Program-made: the position numbers and the translations under genes
Sequence record: NZ_CP033968.1
Length of the DNA stretch: 64,000 nt
Source of the DNA: a plasmid
Strand: one strand, 5' to 3'
Notes under the pieces: model-generated
Database searches by the model: none
Seen by the model: the letters and a program-made list of their open reading frames with translations, nothing else
What the model was told of the DNA's origin: nothing
In this document: positions 38,144 through 46,379 of the stretch, one piece after another
How positions within the stretch are numbered: the stretch's first letter is position 1
Layout: each line of letters begins with the position of its first letter

Positions 38144-41020
38144 TCAGCCGTTCCTGCTACCGAGCGAATGACCGCCAGCCATTGCGCGCAACATGCATTC
38201 GACACAGATGCTCTGTGGAAACGCCGGCAACGGATACGACTGGTTCACCGGCCCATCAAAGGTGCGCTGCGCGGCCTTGTAGGTAATCGGCCCGGAGCAC
38301 TCGACGGTGATGTTGCCGTCCTCCAGCGTAATGGCTGCACCGGCCGCCGTCGCCAGGCGAATCCGCTTGGCCGCCGCAAAATCCACGTTCATGTTGGCCG
38401 ACACTAATTTCAGGTCATCCTTGGCCATGAGCTTCAGCGTGTCGTGCTGCGCCTGAACGTCGATGTTGCCCTGGCCGGCGGTCAGTTGCAGGCCGATGTT
38501 GTTGTCACCCGCCTTGGACAGGCCCGCCGCCACGCCGATCGCTTGCCCAGCGTGCATGCGCGCCTGTTTGCCGACGGCGATGTTGGTGTCCTGGCCGCTG
38601 CCCAGGGCGATGCTCTCGCCGTTGGCCAACTGCAGATCCTGACCGGCCACCATGACCAACCCGGCGCGGCCGTTCGCATGCACCATCGCCTCGCCCTGGT
38701 GTGGCACCTTGCCCGGCGTGCTGGTGTTGCCGGCGCTGGCATCCTGCTTCGCCGCATCGAGCGCCTTGCCGTCCACCATGCCGGCGGCGGCCTTCTCCTG
38801 CTTGGCCAGCGGCGCATTCTCGTCCTTCGCCGACGACAGGCCAGCGGTCTGATGGGTGACGGCCCCTTGGCCCAGCGATTGGGTGAGCGCCTTGGCCTGC
38901 TTGATGAGGGCAATGCCGGCGGCGTTGTCGCCTGTGGGCACAGCTTTGCCGCTGGCGGCGTCGCGGTAGGTGGTCAGCAGCAGTCCGGCCTGGCCGCGCA
39001 CGGCGGCGTGGCCGTCGGTGCGCAGCTCGAAGCCCTGACCACGGAAGCTGCCGCGCCGGTTGTCCTGTTGGTGAACGAGGTGGCCAAGGTTGATCTGGCT
39101 GTGTAGCTGCGTGGTGGCAAGCTGCGTGCGCAACTGACCATCGCTGTCATCGAAGACGAGCTGGTTGTAGCCGCTGCCGCCGTGTTCGGCGCTCTTGAAG
39201 CCGGTGTGCGCAGCAGCGTTGCGGTGTCCGTCCGCGTCGGTGCCCATGCCGTGCCAGGCGGGGCTGTGGCCGCCCGCCACGTTACCCTGGGCGCTCGGGG
39301 CCGTATCGCTGCCTTGTTTGTAGAGTGCGGCCGTGTCCATTTGAGCTGCGGTTTGGCCGCCGGGCGTCGGCGCAACGCCGGCCTCGCCCTGACCGTTGTA
39401 GAGGGCACCAATGACGACCGGCTGGTCGACATCGTCTTCGCTGAACTTGACGAGCACTTCCTGCCCAATGCGCGGCAGCCATTGCCAGCCCATGCCGGAA
39501 CCGGCCTGCCGCTGCGCGACGCGTACCCAGCGGCTGCTTCGGTCATCTGCACGCTCGCCTTGTTGCCAGGGAAAGCGCACGCGGATTTCACCTGCGGGGC
39601 TGGCATGGTGCTCGCCGTCTCCGCCGGCTTGGGTCTGGCCGTCCGGGCCGACCACGATGGCGCTGTGTACGCCTTGCGCGGTGGGCGCCGCGTAGAGACG
39701 GCCGCAATCGGGTTCAGTCACGGCCGGGCGCCAGGGCCGGCGTGCGTCGCCGGCGCGGAAGACGCCAGCGTAACCGTGCGCGCGTGCTGCTTTGAGCAGA
39801 TCGCCAGTCGGCGTGCTGCGTTCGACGGGGCCTTCTGCTTCTTGGAAACCAAAAACGCCCGGGCCGGATTCCGGCGCGCTGGGCGGCGTATCGAATGCCA
39901 GCGCGGCATCGAGCCCGCCCAAACGCTGGCTGAGCGCGTTGTGCGTATCGACGGTCAGGTTGTTGATGCCGCAGTGCTCGACCAGATCCATCAACAGCGG
40001 ATAGGCGCCTTCCACGTCTTGCGGCAGGTGCGGGCAATCCACCACCTGCAGACGCGTACCGCTGCGCAGCGTGCGCACCGTGCCTCGCCCCGAGAACAGC
40101 AGTGCGCGCGCCTCCAGGCTTTCCATGACCTGCTCGGCAATGCGCTGGGCATTGGCGGAATCCGGCGCCAGCGACGGGCTGATGGACAGATACGCGTCGG
40201 GGCTGCCGGCGCTGGTGGCAAAGCGCGCGGGCGCATGGGCACGCACGCTGTGCTTGCCTTCCGGGTCCCACGCGGCCACGGCAACGCCGCCGGCAGTTGT
40301 GCGGGTGTGGCAGGCCAGTTGCTGGATGGCGTCGCGCTCTTCCAGGCTGTGCGCGCGGTGGAAGCGGATGCCGCCGGCCGCAGCCGACTCCGTGTCTTCC
40401 GGCAGCTGCGTGCTGTCGGCAAAGATCACCAGCGTGTGGCCGCCGTGCGCCTGGTCGTCTTCCACCGTGGTGAAGCCGAGCCCCGCCTCGGCGAGAAGGC
40501 GTGTGACGAAGTGGTAGTCCGTCTCGCGAAACTGCGCGATGTGCGCGCGTGTACCGAAATCGCTCATGCGTGCTTCGGCACCGGCCGCGTAGCGCCACGA
40601 GGCGTACGGCTCGTACGGCGACAGCATCTGCTCAATGATGTCAGCGAGCGGCCGATTCTGGAACACCTGGCTGTGGCGCTGCTGCGTGGTCAGCCAGAAC
40701 CATGGCACCACCGTCAGGCGATAGCGCGTGAGGCTGCCGTCCGCGCCGAGCTTCTCAGCCAGGCGGATCAGGCCCGTGCGCTTGGTCTGCGTACCATCGG
40801 CCAGCGTCGTGACCAGCGTGACCCGCTGGCCCAGCAATGATTTGAGCGCGATGCGCGCATTGGCGCTGACGGCCACCACGCGCCATTCGAACAGTTCGGA
40901 CAGTGCCTCGCGACCGAGCCAGGCTTCCACCGCCAGATCCGCAAGCGGCCCGTCGCCTTCCAGCGTGTACAGGCGGCGTGTGGGGGCGAAGAGGTTCTGA
41001 AGAAGGGTTGTGACTTCCAT
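38144..41020 (-). CDS. vgrG: T6SS spike protein VgrG (958 aa).
   Basis: gp27/gp5-like architecture. Its C-terminal half has Gly-rich beta-helix-like repeats. Confidence 0.9.
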   Translation of the reverse strand: MEVTTLLQNLFAPTRRLYTLEGDGPLADLAVEAWLGREALSELFEWRVVAVSANARIALKSLLGQRVTLVTTLADGTQTKRTGLIRLAEKLGADGSLTRYRLTVVPWFWLTTQQRHSQVFQNRPLADIIEQMLSPYEPYASWRYAAGAEARMSDFGTRAHIAQFRETDYHFVTRLLAEAGLGFTTVEDDQAHGGHTLVIFADSTQLPEDTESAAAGGIRFHRAHSLEERDAIQQLACHTRTTAGGVAVAAWDPEGKHSVRAHAPARFATSAGSPDAYLSISPSLAPDSANAQRIAEQVMESLEARALLFSGRGTVRTLRSGTRLQVVDCPHLPQDVEGAYPLLMDLVEHCGINNLTVDTHNALSQRLGGLDAALAFDTPPSAPESGPGVFGFQEAEGPVERSTPTGDLLKAARAHGYAGVFRAGDARRPWRPAVTEPDCGRLYAAPTAQGVHSAIVVGPDGQTQAGGDGEHHASPAGEIRVRFPWQQGERADDRSSRWVRVAQRQAGSGMGWQWLPRIGQEVLVKFSEDDVDQPVVIGALYNGQGEAGVAPTPGGQTAAQMDTAALYKQGSDTAPSAQGNVAGGHSPAWHGMGTDADGHRNAAAHTGFKSAEHGGSGYNQLVFDDSDGQLRTQLATTQLHSQINLGHLVHQQDNRRGSFRGQGFELRTDGHAAVRGQAGLLLTTYRDAASGKAVPTGDNAAGIALIKQAKALTQSLGQGAVTHQTAGLSSAKDENAPLAKQEKAAAGMVDGKALDAAKQDASAGNTSTPGKVPHQGEAMVHANGRAGLVMVAGQDLQLANGESIALGSGQDTNIAVGKQARMHAGQAIGVAAGLSKAGDNNIGLQLTAGQGNIDVQAQHDTLKLMAKDDLKLVSANMNVDFAAAKRIRLATAAGAAITLEDGNITVECSGPITYKAAQRTFDGPVNQSYPLPAFPQSICVECMLRAMAGGHSLGSRNG

Positions 41021-41035
41021 GCGGCGATCTGCCCG

Positions 41036-41530
41036 TTACAGGTGCAATGTCCAACCATCCACCGGCGGCTGCACGCGCGCAGGATCTGGGCGGGGGGATT
41101 TGTTTTCGAGAAGTTCGGTAATGGCATCGAACGCTGCTAGGCGCGCAGCCTCATCAGAGGCATAGCCCGTTTCTGCCCGACAGATTTCGGTTTGCCGGAT
41201 GGGGCGAATTTCGTAACGCCATCCGTTCTCCTGCCGCCACACCGTGGTCACATAGCCATCGGCCGGAAGCGACATGGGGCCATCGAAACTGCCGCCGCGC
41301 TTCCATGCGCGGGTCAGCCATAAGAGGCGCTTGGTCGCCCGGCTGCGCGGCGGCGGCTTCGGCTCGCTCTGTTGCGGTTTCACCCGCAACTCGCGGGAAC
41401 AGTCTTCGTCGACGCGCAGCACGCCGTGGTAGTTGTGATGACGTAATACGTGCACCGGCCCCGTGAACACGCCACGGCATCGGTCACACGTGCCGACACC
41501 GGCGTCGCCCTCGTCGGCAGCGACGCGAAT
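41036..41530 (-). CDS. Hypothetical protein upstream of vgrG with a Cys/His cluster (CDRCRG...HVLRHHNYH...DEDC). Start uncertain.
   Basis: High GC3 only in the 3' two-thirds of track ORF 41036..41656. Confidence 0.35.
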   Translation of the reverse strand: MRVAADEGDAGVGTCDRCRGVFTGPVHVLRHHNYHGVLRVDEDCSRELRVKPQQSEPKPPPRSRATKRLLWLTRAWKRGGSFDGPMSLPADGYVTTVWRQENGWRYEIRPIRQTEICRAETGYASDEAARLAAFDAITELLENKSPRPDPARVQPPVDGWTLHL

Positions 41531-41833
41531 CCACCCATCGCGCGGCAAGCCGGCCTTGATCCATCGGCCTTGCTCCCAGACAGTGGGCGGTCGGGTTCCG
41601 CGGGCTTTGCGGGGTGACCTGATTGACCTCATCGACGACCAGCACGGGTTGACCAAAACCCGGGATGGTAGAGCGGCTGTGGCCCGTTATCGCTGAAAAA
41701 TATCGAAATCAGACTTAAAAAGAACTGTCCACCAGACCCGATGCTGGCATTGCTTGCATGCGCGCTGACACGGTTTTCAGCCCGAGGCGGGGCCGATATC
41801 GCACCGGTCAGCCCTTATGATGCGTAGCCTGGC

Positions 41834-44800
41834 GTGACGAGACTCAAGACGCAAACATTCTCGGCGGTTGAGACGATGCAGCAGATCCATGACACGGCCT
41901 ACCCAATGCTGCCGGCCGAACTGGGGGAAACGGAACTGGCCACGGTGTTCACCCCGAGCCCGGCCGAAATCCGCTTTGTTGCCGACCAGTATCGGCAAGC
42001 GCCCACGCGCGCGCTGATCCTCGTCCAGCTCAAGCTGTACCAGCGGCTGGGCTACTGCCCGCCAGTTTCGGGCGTTCCGACGGCCATCGTGCATCACGTG
42101 TGTTCGGTGCTGCGCATCCGCCCACTGCTGCGCAGCGTGCTGGCACGATACGACCGTTCAGGAAGCAAATCCCGCCACCAAAAGCTCCTGCGCGACTTTA
42201 TCGGCATTCGCACCACGGACGCGCAGACACACGCGTGGCTTGCCGATGTGGCCGCGCACGCGGCGCGCATCAAAACGGAACTGCCTGACATCATCAACGT
42301 CCTGATCGAGGAGCTGATCCGGCACCGCTATGAATTGCCGCCGCTGGCCGCGCTGACCAGGATCGCTGCCCACGCCCGCAGTCAGGTCAACGAAACCATC
42401 TACCGCACGATCGTCGAGGCGCTGGGGCCCGACCTGATCGTCAGAATCGATGCGCTCTTCGACAACCGTGGCGGGCGCACCGGCTGGGATCAGGTCAAAC
42501 GGGAACCCAAGCGGCCCGCGCCACGGGAGATCGCCGGGTTCCTCAAGCACATCGAGGCGCTGCGTGTCTTGGCTGATGGCATGCCGGTGGCACCGGAGAT
42601 CCTCACCGCGCCAAAGTGCACGCAGTTGGTCACGGAAGCGCGCGCCCTGGATGTCCAGGAAATGCGGTCGCTCAAGCCCACCAAGCGCTATGCGTTGGCT
42701 GTCCTGTTCATCCTTGCGCAGTTGCAAAAAGCACTGGACGACGTGGCCGAGATCTTCATCAAGACGGTGCGCAACCTGGAACATACGGCCGAATTGCGCC
42801 TGCAGCAGTACCAATTAGCGCACGCGGACCAGCTTGAGGCCCTGGTCGGTCAGTTTCGAGACGTGCTCGGTGTGCTGCAGGACGACACGCTGCCGGCGGA
42901 AGCCCGTGTCGCGAAGATGCGCGCGGCGCTGGGCGGCGATCCCGATGGGGTACTGACCCGCTGCAATGAACACATCGCCTACGCGGGAAACCATACGTTT
43001 CCCTTCATGCTGCGTCCGTATCGGAACCTGCGGGCGCTGCTGTTCCAGTGCCTCGATCTGCTATCGCTCAGGGCCAGCTCGCAAGACGATGCGCTCCTGC
43101 GAGCGCTGGACTGGATGCGCAGCTACAGGACCTCGCACCGCGAATACCTGATGCTCAGCGACCGTGACGCGGCCAACCTACCGCTGGGCTGGATACCGGA
43201 CAAGTGGGAGAAGCCGATTTTCCCGAATGGCAAGAGCGGCCGGCTGATGCACCGCAAGTACTTCGAGCTGTGCGTATTCAGCCAAATCATGCGGGAGTTG
43301 AAATCGGGTGACATCTATGTGGAGAACAGTGACCAGTACGACGATCCACGTGTGCACCAGGTGTCGTGGGAGGAGTTCCGGGCGGAACTACCGCGCTACA
43401 GCGAGCTGGTCAATTTCCCGGTCGACGGCAAGGCATTCGTCCAGGCGTTGAAAGAAGAATTGGGTACGCTCGCTGACGCGGTGGACTCTGAGTTCCCTGC
43501 CAACGACCATGTGGAGATCAGCGAACAGGGGCTCATCCTGCATCGGCTGGAGAAAGATCCCGATCCGCCCAACAAGCTGCTGATCGATCAGGCCATCACC
43601 GCGTCGATGCCACCGGTGAGCATTCTGGACATCCTGATCGAGACCGAGCGGTGGCTCGACTTGCACAAGCTGTTCGGTCCGCTGTCGGGGTTCGAAGCCA
43701 AGATCGACGATCCGCGCAAGCGGTTCATCACAACGCTGTTCTGTTATGGCTGCAATCTCGGACCGAGCCAGACCGCGCGCTCGGTGAAGAACCTGAGCCG
43801 CAAGCAGGTCGCCTGGCTGAATCTGCGACACGTCACCGAGGAGCGCCTGGACAAAGCCATCGTGCAGGTCATCAATGCCTACAACCGGTTCGCTTTGCCG
43901 AAGTTCTGGGGTTCCGGCAAGCGGGTGTCGGCCGACGGCACGAAGTGGAACCTCTACGAGCAGAACCTGCTGTCGGAATATCACATCCGGTACGGTGGCT
44001 ATGGCGGCATCGGTTACTACCATGTCTCCGACATGTACATCGCGCTGTTCAGCCACTTCATTCCCTGCGGCGTGCACGAGGCCGTCTACATCCTGGATGG
44101 GTTGCTCAAGAATGCCTCCAGCGTGCAGCCCGACACCGTCCATGGCGACACGCAGGCGCAGAGCGGGCCGGTGTTCGGCTTGGCACATCTACTGGGGATC
44201 AACCTGATGCCGCGCATCCGAAACATCAAGGATCTGGTGTTCTACAAGGCCGACCGGCGCCGGCGCTACAAAAACATCGATTCGCTGTTCCGGGGCACCA
44301 TCGACTGGGCACTGATCGAGCGGCATTTCCCGGACATGCTGCGCGTGGCCATCTCGATTAAGGTCGGCCGTATGACGCCGTCGACGATCCTCCGGCGCCT
44401 CGGCTCCGAGAGCCGCAAGAACAAGCTGTACTTCGCTTTCCGAGAGTTGGGCCGCGTCATCCGTACGATGTTCCTGCTGAAGTACATCAGCAACCCCGAC
44501 ATGCGACGGGCCATCCATGCGGCCACCAACAAGAGCGAGCAGTTCAACGACTACGCGCAGTGGCTGATGTTCGGGGGAGAGGGCGTCATCGCCGAGAACA
44601 TCCGGCACGAGCAGCGCAAGGTCATCAAGTACAACCAACTCGTGGCCAACATGGTCATCCTGTACAACGTGCAGTGGATGTCGCGCAAGCTCAAGGAGCT
44701 TCAGGAGAAGGGGTTGCCGATCGACGCCGAAGTGCTGAAGGTGCTGTCGCCTTACCGGAAGGACCACATCAACCGGTTCGGCGATTACTTGATGGACCTG

Positions 44801-44860
44801 CACAAGAAGGTGCCGCCGCTTGATCCGACGATCGATTTCTCTTTCAAATCAGCCGCTTAG
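41834..44860 (+). CDS. tnpA: Tn3-family transposase TnpA (1008 aa) of the 25-kb transposon.
   Basis: Tn3-family TnpA length and C-terminal DDE region. Its stop codon lies within IR-R (CTTAG). Confidence 0.9.
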   Translation: MTRLKTQTFSAVETMQQIHDTAYPMLPAELGETELATVFTPSPAEIRFVADQYRQAPTRALILVQLKLYQRLGYCPPVSGVPTAIVHHVCSVLRIRPLLRSVLARYDRSGSKSRHQKLLRDFIGIRTTDAQTHAWLADVAAHAARIKTELPDIINVLIEELIRHRYELPPLAALTRIAAHARSQVNETIYRTIVEALGPDLIVRIDALFDNRGGRTGWDQVKREPKRPAPREIAGFLKHIEALRVLADGMPVAPEILTAPKCTQLVTEARALDVQEMRSLKPTKRYALAVLFILAQLQKALDDVAEIFIKTVRNLEHTAELRLQQYQLAHADQLEALVGQFRDVLGVLQDDTLPAEARVAKMRAALGGDPDGVLTRCNEHIAYAGNHTFPFMLRPYRNLRALLFQCLDLLSLRASSQDDALLRALDWMRSYRTSHREYLMLSDRDAANLPLGWIPDKWEKPIFPNGKSGRLMHRKYFELCVFSQIMRELKSGDIYVENSDQYDDPRVHQVSWEEFRAELPRYSELVNFPVDGKAFVQALKEELGTLADAVDSEFPANDHVEISEQGLILHRLEKDPDPPNKLLIDQAITASMPPVSILDILIETERWLDLHKLFGPLSGFEAKIDDPRKRFITTLFCYGCNLGPSQTARSVKNLSRKQVAWLNLRHVTEERLDKAIVQVINAYNRFALPKFWGSGKRVSADGTKWNLYEQNLLSEYHIRYGGYGGIGYYHVSDMYIALFSHFIPCGVHEAVYILDGLLKNASSVQPDTVHGDTQAQSGPVFGLAHLLGINLMPRIRNIKDLVFYKADRRRRYKNIDSLFRGTIDWALIERHFPDMLRVAISIKVGRMTPSTILRRLGSESRKNKLYFAFRELGRVIRTMFLLKYISNPDMRRAIHAATNKSEQFNDYAQWLMFGGEGVIAENIRHEQRKVIKYNQLVANMVILYNVQWMSRKLKELQEKGLPIDAEVLKVLSPYRKDHINRFGDYLMDLHKKVPPLDPTIDFSFKSAA

Positions 44861-44901
44861 ACTCATTCTGGCGGAAATTTTACGAATCCCGGCCGACCCT
44901 C
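44856..44901 (-). repeat. Right terminal inverted repeat (46 bp) of the Tn3-family transposon.
   Basis: See the transposon entry. Confidence 0.7.
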
Positions 44902-44906
44902 AATAT

Positions 44907-45180
44907 CCGCCAGTTCCGACGCCCATCGCTTGTAGCGAATGAATGTAGACGGCTTCAATGCAGCGAGCCTTTCCATCGGACCCGAGTCCGAGACCACGAC
45001 CGCGCTGACGATGCCATCGCCCAAGAGCGAGGCAATGCCGTAGTCCTCAAGCTCCGCGCTCTCATCGTTGAGCAGCCTACTTGGGGCTCGTTTGCCTGGA
45101 AGGGTAGTTCCCAAGCCGGCCCAAATGATATCTATCGTCAGGCCCGCAGCAAGGAATGCCGCGAAGGCTAGCTTTTTCAT
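44907..45180 (-). pseudogene. 5' fragment (signal peptide plus ~90 aa) of the secreted-protein gene split by the transposon.
   Basis: MKKLAFAAFLAAGLT... The track ORF continues into the IR. It pairs in frame with 19568-19657. Confidence 0.6.
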
Positions 45181-45302
45181 CGTGACTGACTCCGTTATCT
45201 GTTACCTCGGAGATGCGGTACGCGACCTTGTATCTCGATTGCAGGTGGGTGATCTGCATAGCCAAGCATCACGCAAACGCTCCCCACCTCAAGGAGATAC
45301 AG

Positions 45303-45833
45303 ATGAATGAAGCCCTTCCCACCAAGCACGAACTTCGCCGTCAGATGCATGAAGCGCTGGGCAGTTGGCTGTATGCCCGTCGCGCGACGAGTAAAACCAA
45401 GCAGGAGCGAGCCGAACACGTCCTCGACTACCGTCGCCGGCGGAATCAGCTTGCGGCAGGGATGTACCGCGAGGAAGTCAATGCACGCGGGAATACCGTC
45501 CATCGCGATCTGGATGCGGATCTGGCGCTCGGGTTTGTTGGCCGGGATCGATACGTGTATGACAGCAAACTCTGCGGCGCCGGCTGGCAACAGTACGACA
45601 CCGACCAGGATGCCCCTTACTTCGGGTGCTGGGTCAACCTCGAAAAGCGTTGGACCATGTGCTACGCCGAAGGCGACCGGATTCTGGTGAAATGCCCCAG
45701 CGAGGAATCGCTGAAGGCCGAGCTCGCCGACATGGATCGGTTCTATGGCCGGGCTCCTGCCGCGTTCACCTTGTTTGCCTCCGGTGGGCAGGTAACCCAG
45801 CTCGTATGCGAACGACCATCGGTCACACCCTGA
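45303..45833 (+). CDS. Hypothetical protein (176 aa).
   Basis: Start MNEALPTK with AAGGAGA RBS. Internal start of track ORF 45213..45833. Confidence 0.5.
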   Translation: MNEALPTKHELRRQMHEALGSWLYARRATSKTKQERAEHVLDYRRRRNQLAAGMYREEVNARGNTVHRDLDADLALGFVGRDRYVYDSKLCGAGWQQYDTDQDAPYFGCWVNLEKRWTMCYAEGDRILVKCPSEESLKAELADMDRFYGRAPAAFTLFASGGQVTQLVCERPSVTP

Positions 45834-45850
45834 TCCGTCAAGCCTCTACG

Positions 45851-45882
45851 CCCCCGTGTTATTCACGGGGGTTTTGTTTTTC
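45851..45882 (+). terminator. Rho-independent terminator.
   Basis: CCCCCGTGttattCACGGGGG followed by TTTTGTTTTT. Confidence 0.6.
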
Positions 45883-46379
45883 TGCGGGCCATTAGCTGAC
45901 GCTGTGAGCCATACCCGATCACAGACCAACGCAAAGGAGGCTTTCGTGATCACCTGGCCTGACCTCAGGATTCCCCCCATCAACCTCTGGAATGCCCCCA
46001 GGGTGCAGCTCCCCAGCACCGTTCCCACACATAGGGCGCAACCGACCAACGGGCACCGAGGGCAGTTTCGCCCCGTCACTGCGGAGATCCAACAGCTGCT
46101 CAAAGCCCGATGACCTGCCATATCAATGAACTGCACCACCGACGCCCTGGCTAGCAAGACAGCCGGGGCGTTTCCTTTTCCATCCACCCCATAGCCCCGT
46201 CACCAGCTGCCGCCTTCTGCCCTATGCGCACTGCGCATTGCGTGCGCTGGCCGTGGATACCCGACCCGCCTCCGCGTCCTGCCCGACCTCCCACCGCTCA
46301 CCAGGTTACAGCCACCTGGTGGTCATCACCTGGCGTACGGCCATCGCAAGTGGCTCCTTTCAACCTCAGGAGATGACAC

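Larger units (their letters stand above)
19663..44901 (+). mobile_element. Tn3-family transposon (~25.2 kb) with 46-bp terminal inverted repeats and a 5-bp AATAT target duplication. Cargo is metal efflux, IS1071 and a T6SS vgrG-tle1 module.
   Basis: IR-L 19663-19708 GAGGGTTGGCCGGGATTCGTGTATTTCTCGCCAGAATGATCCTAAG. IR-R (reverse complement of 44856-44901) GAGGGTCGGCCGGGATTCGTAAAATTTCCGCCAGAATGAGTCTAAG, ~38/46 identical. AATAT at 19658-19662 and 44902-44906. The tnpA stop codon lies inside IR-R. Confidence 0.7.

Noticed and set aside
38444-40840. Plus-strand ORFs 38444..39106, 39182..40840 and minus-strand 39714..40598 inside vgrG.
   Set aside because: These are shadow frames of the vgrG coding sequence. 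The vgrG frame gives a coherent protein of the expected size.
41663-41710. Candidate left inverted repeat just upstream of tnpA (GGCCCGTTATCGCTGAAAAATATCGAAATCAGACTTAAAAAG), which would make a 3.2-kb IS-like element 41663-44901.
   Set aside because: It matches the right IR only weakly. The copy at 19663-19708 matches ~38/46 and shares the AATAT flank with the right end, so the 25-kb transposon interpretation is preferred. This segment may be a res or promoter region.
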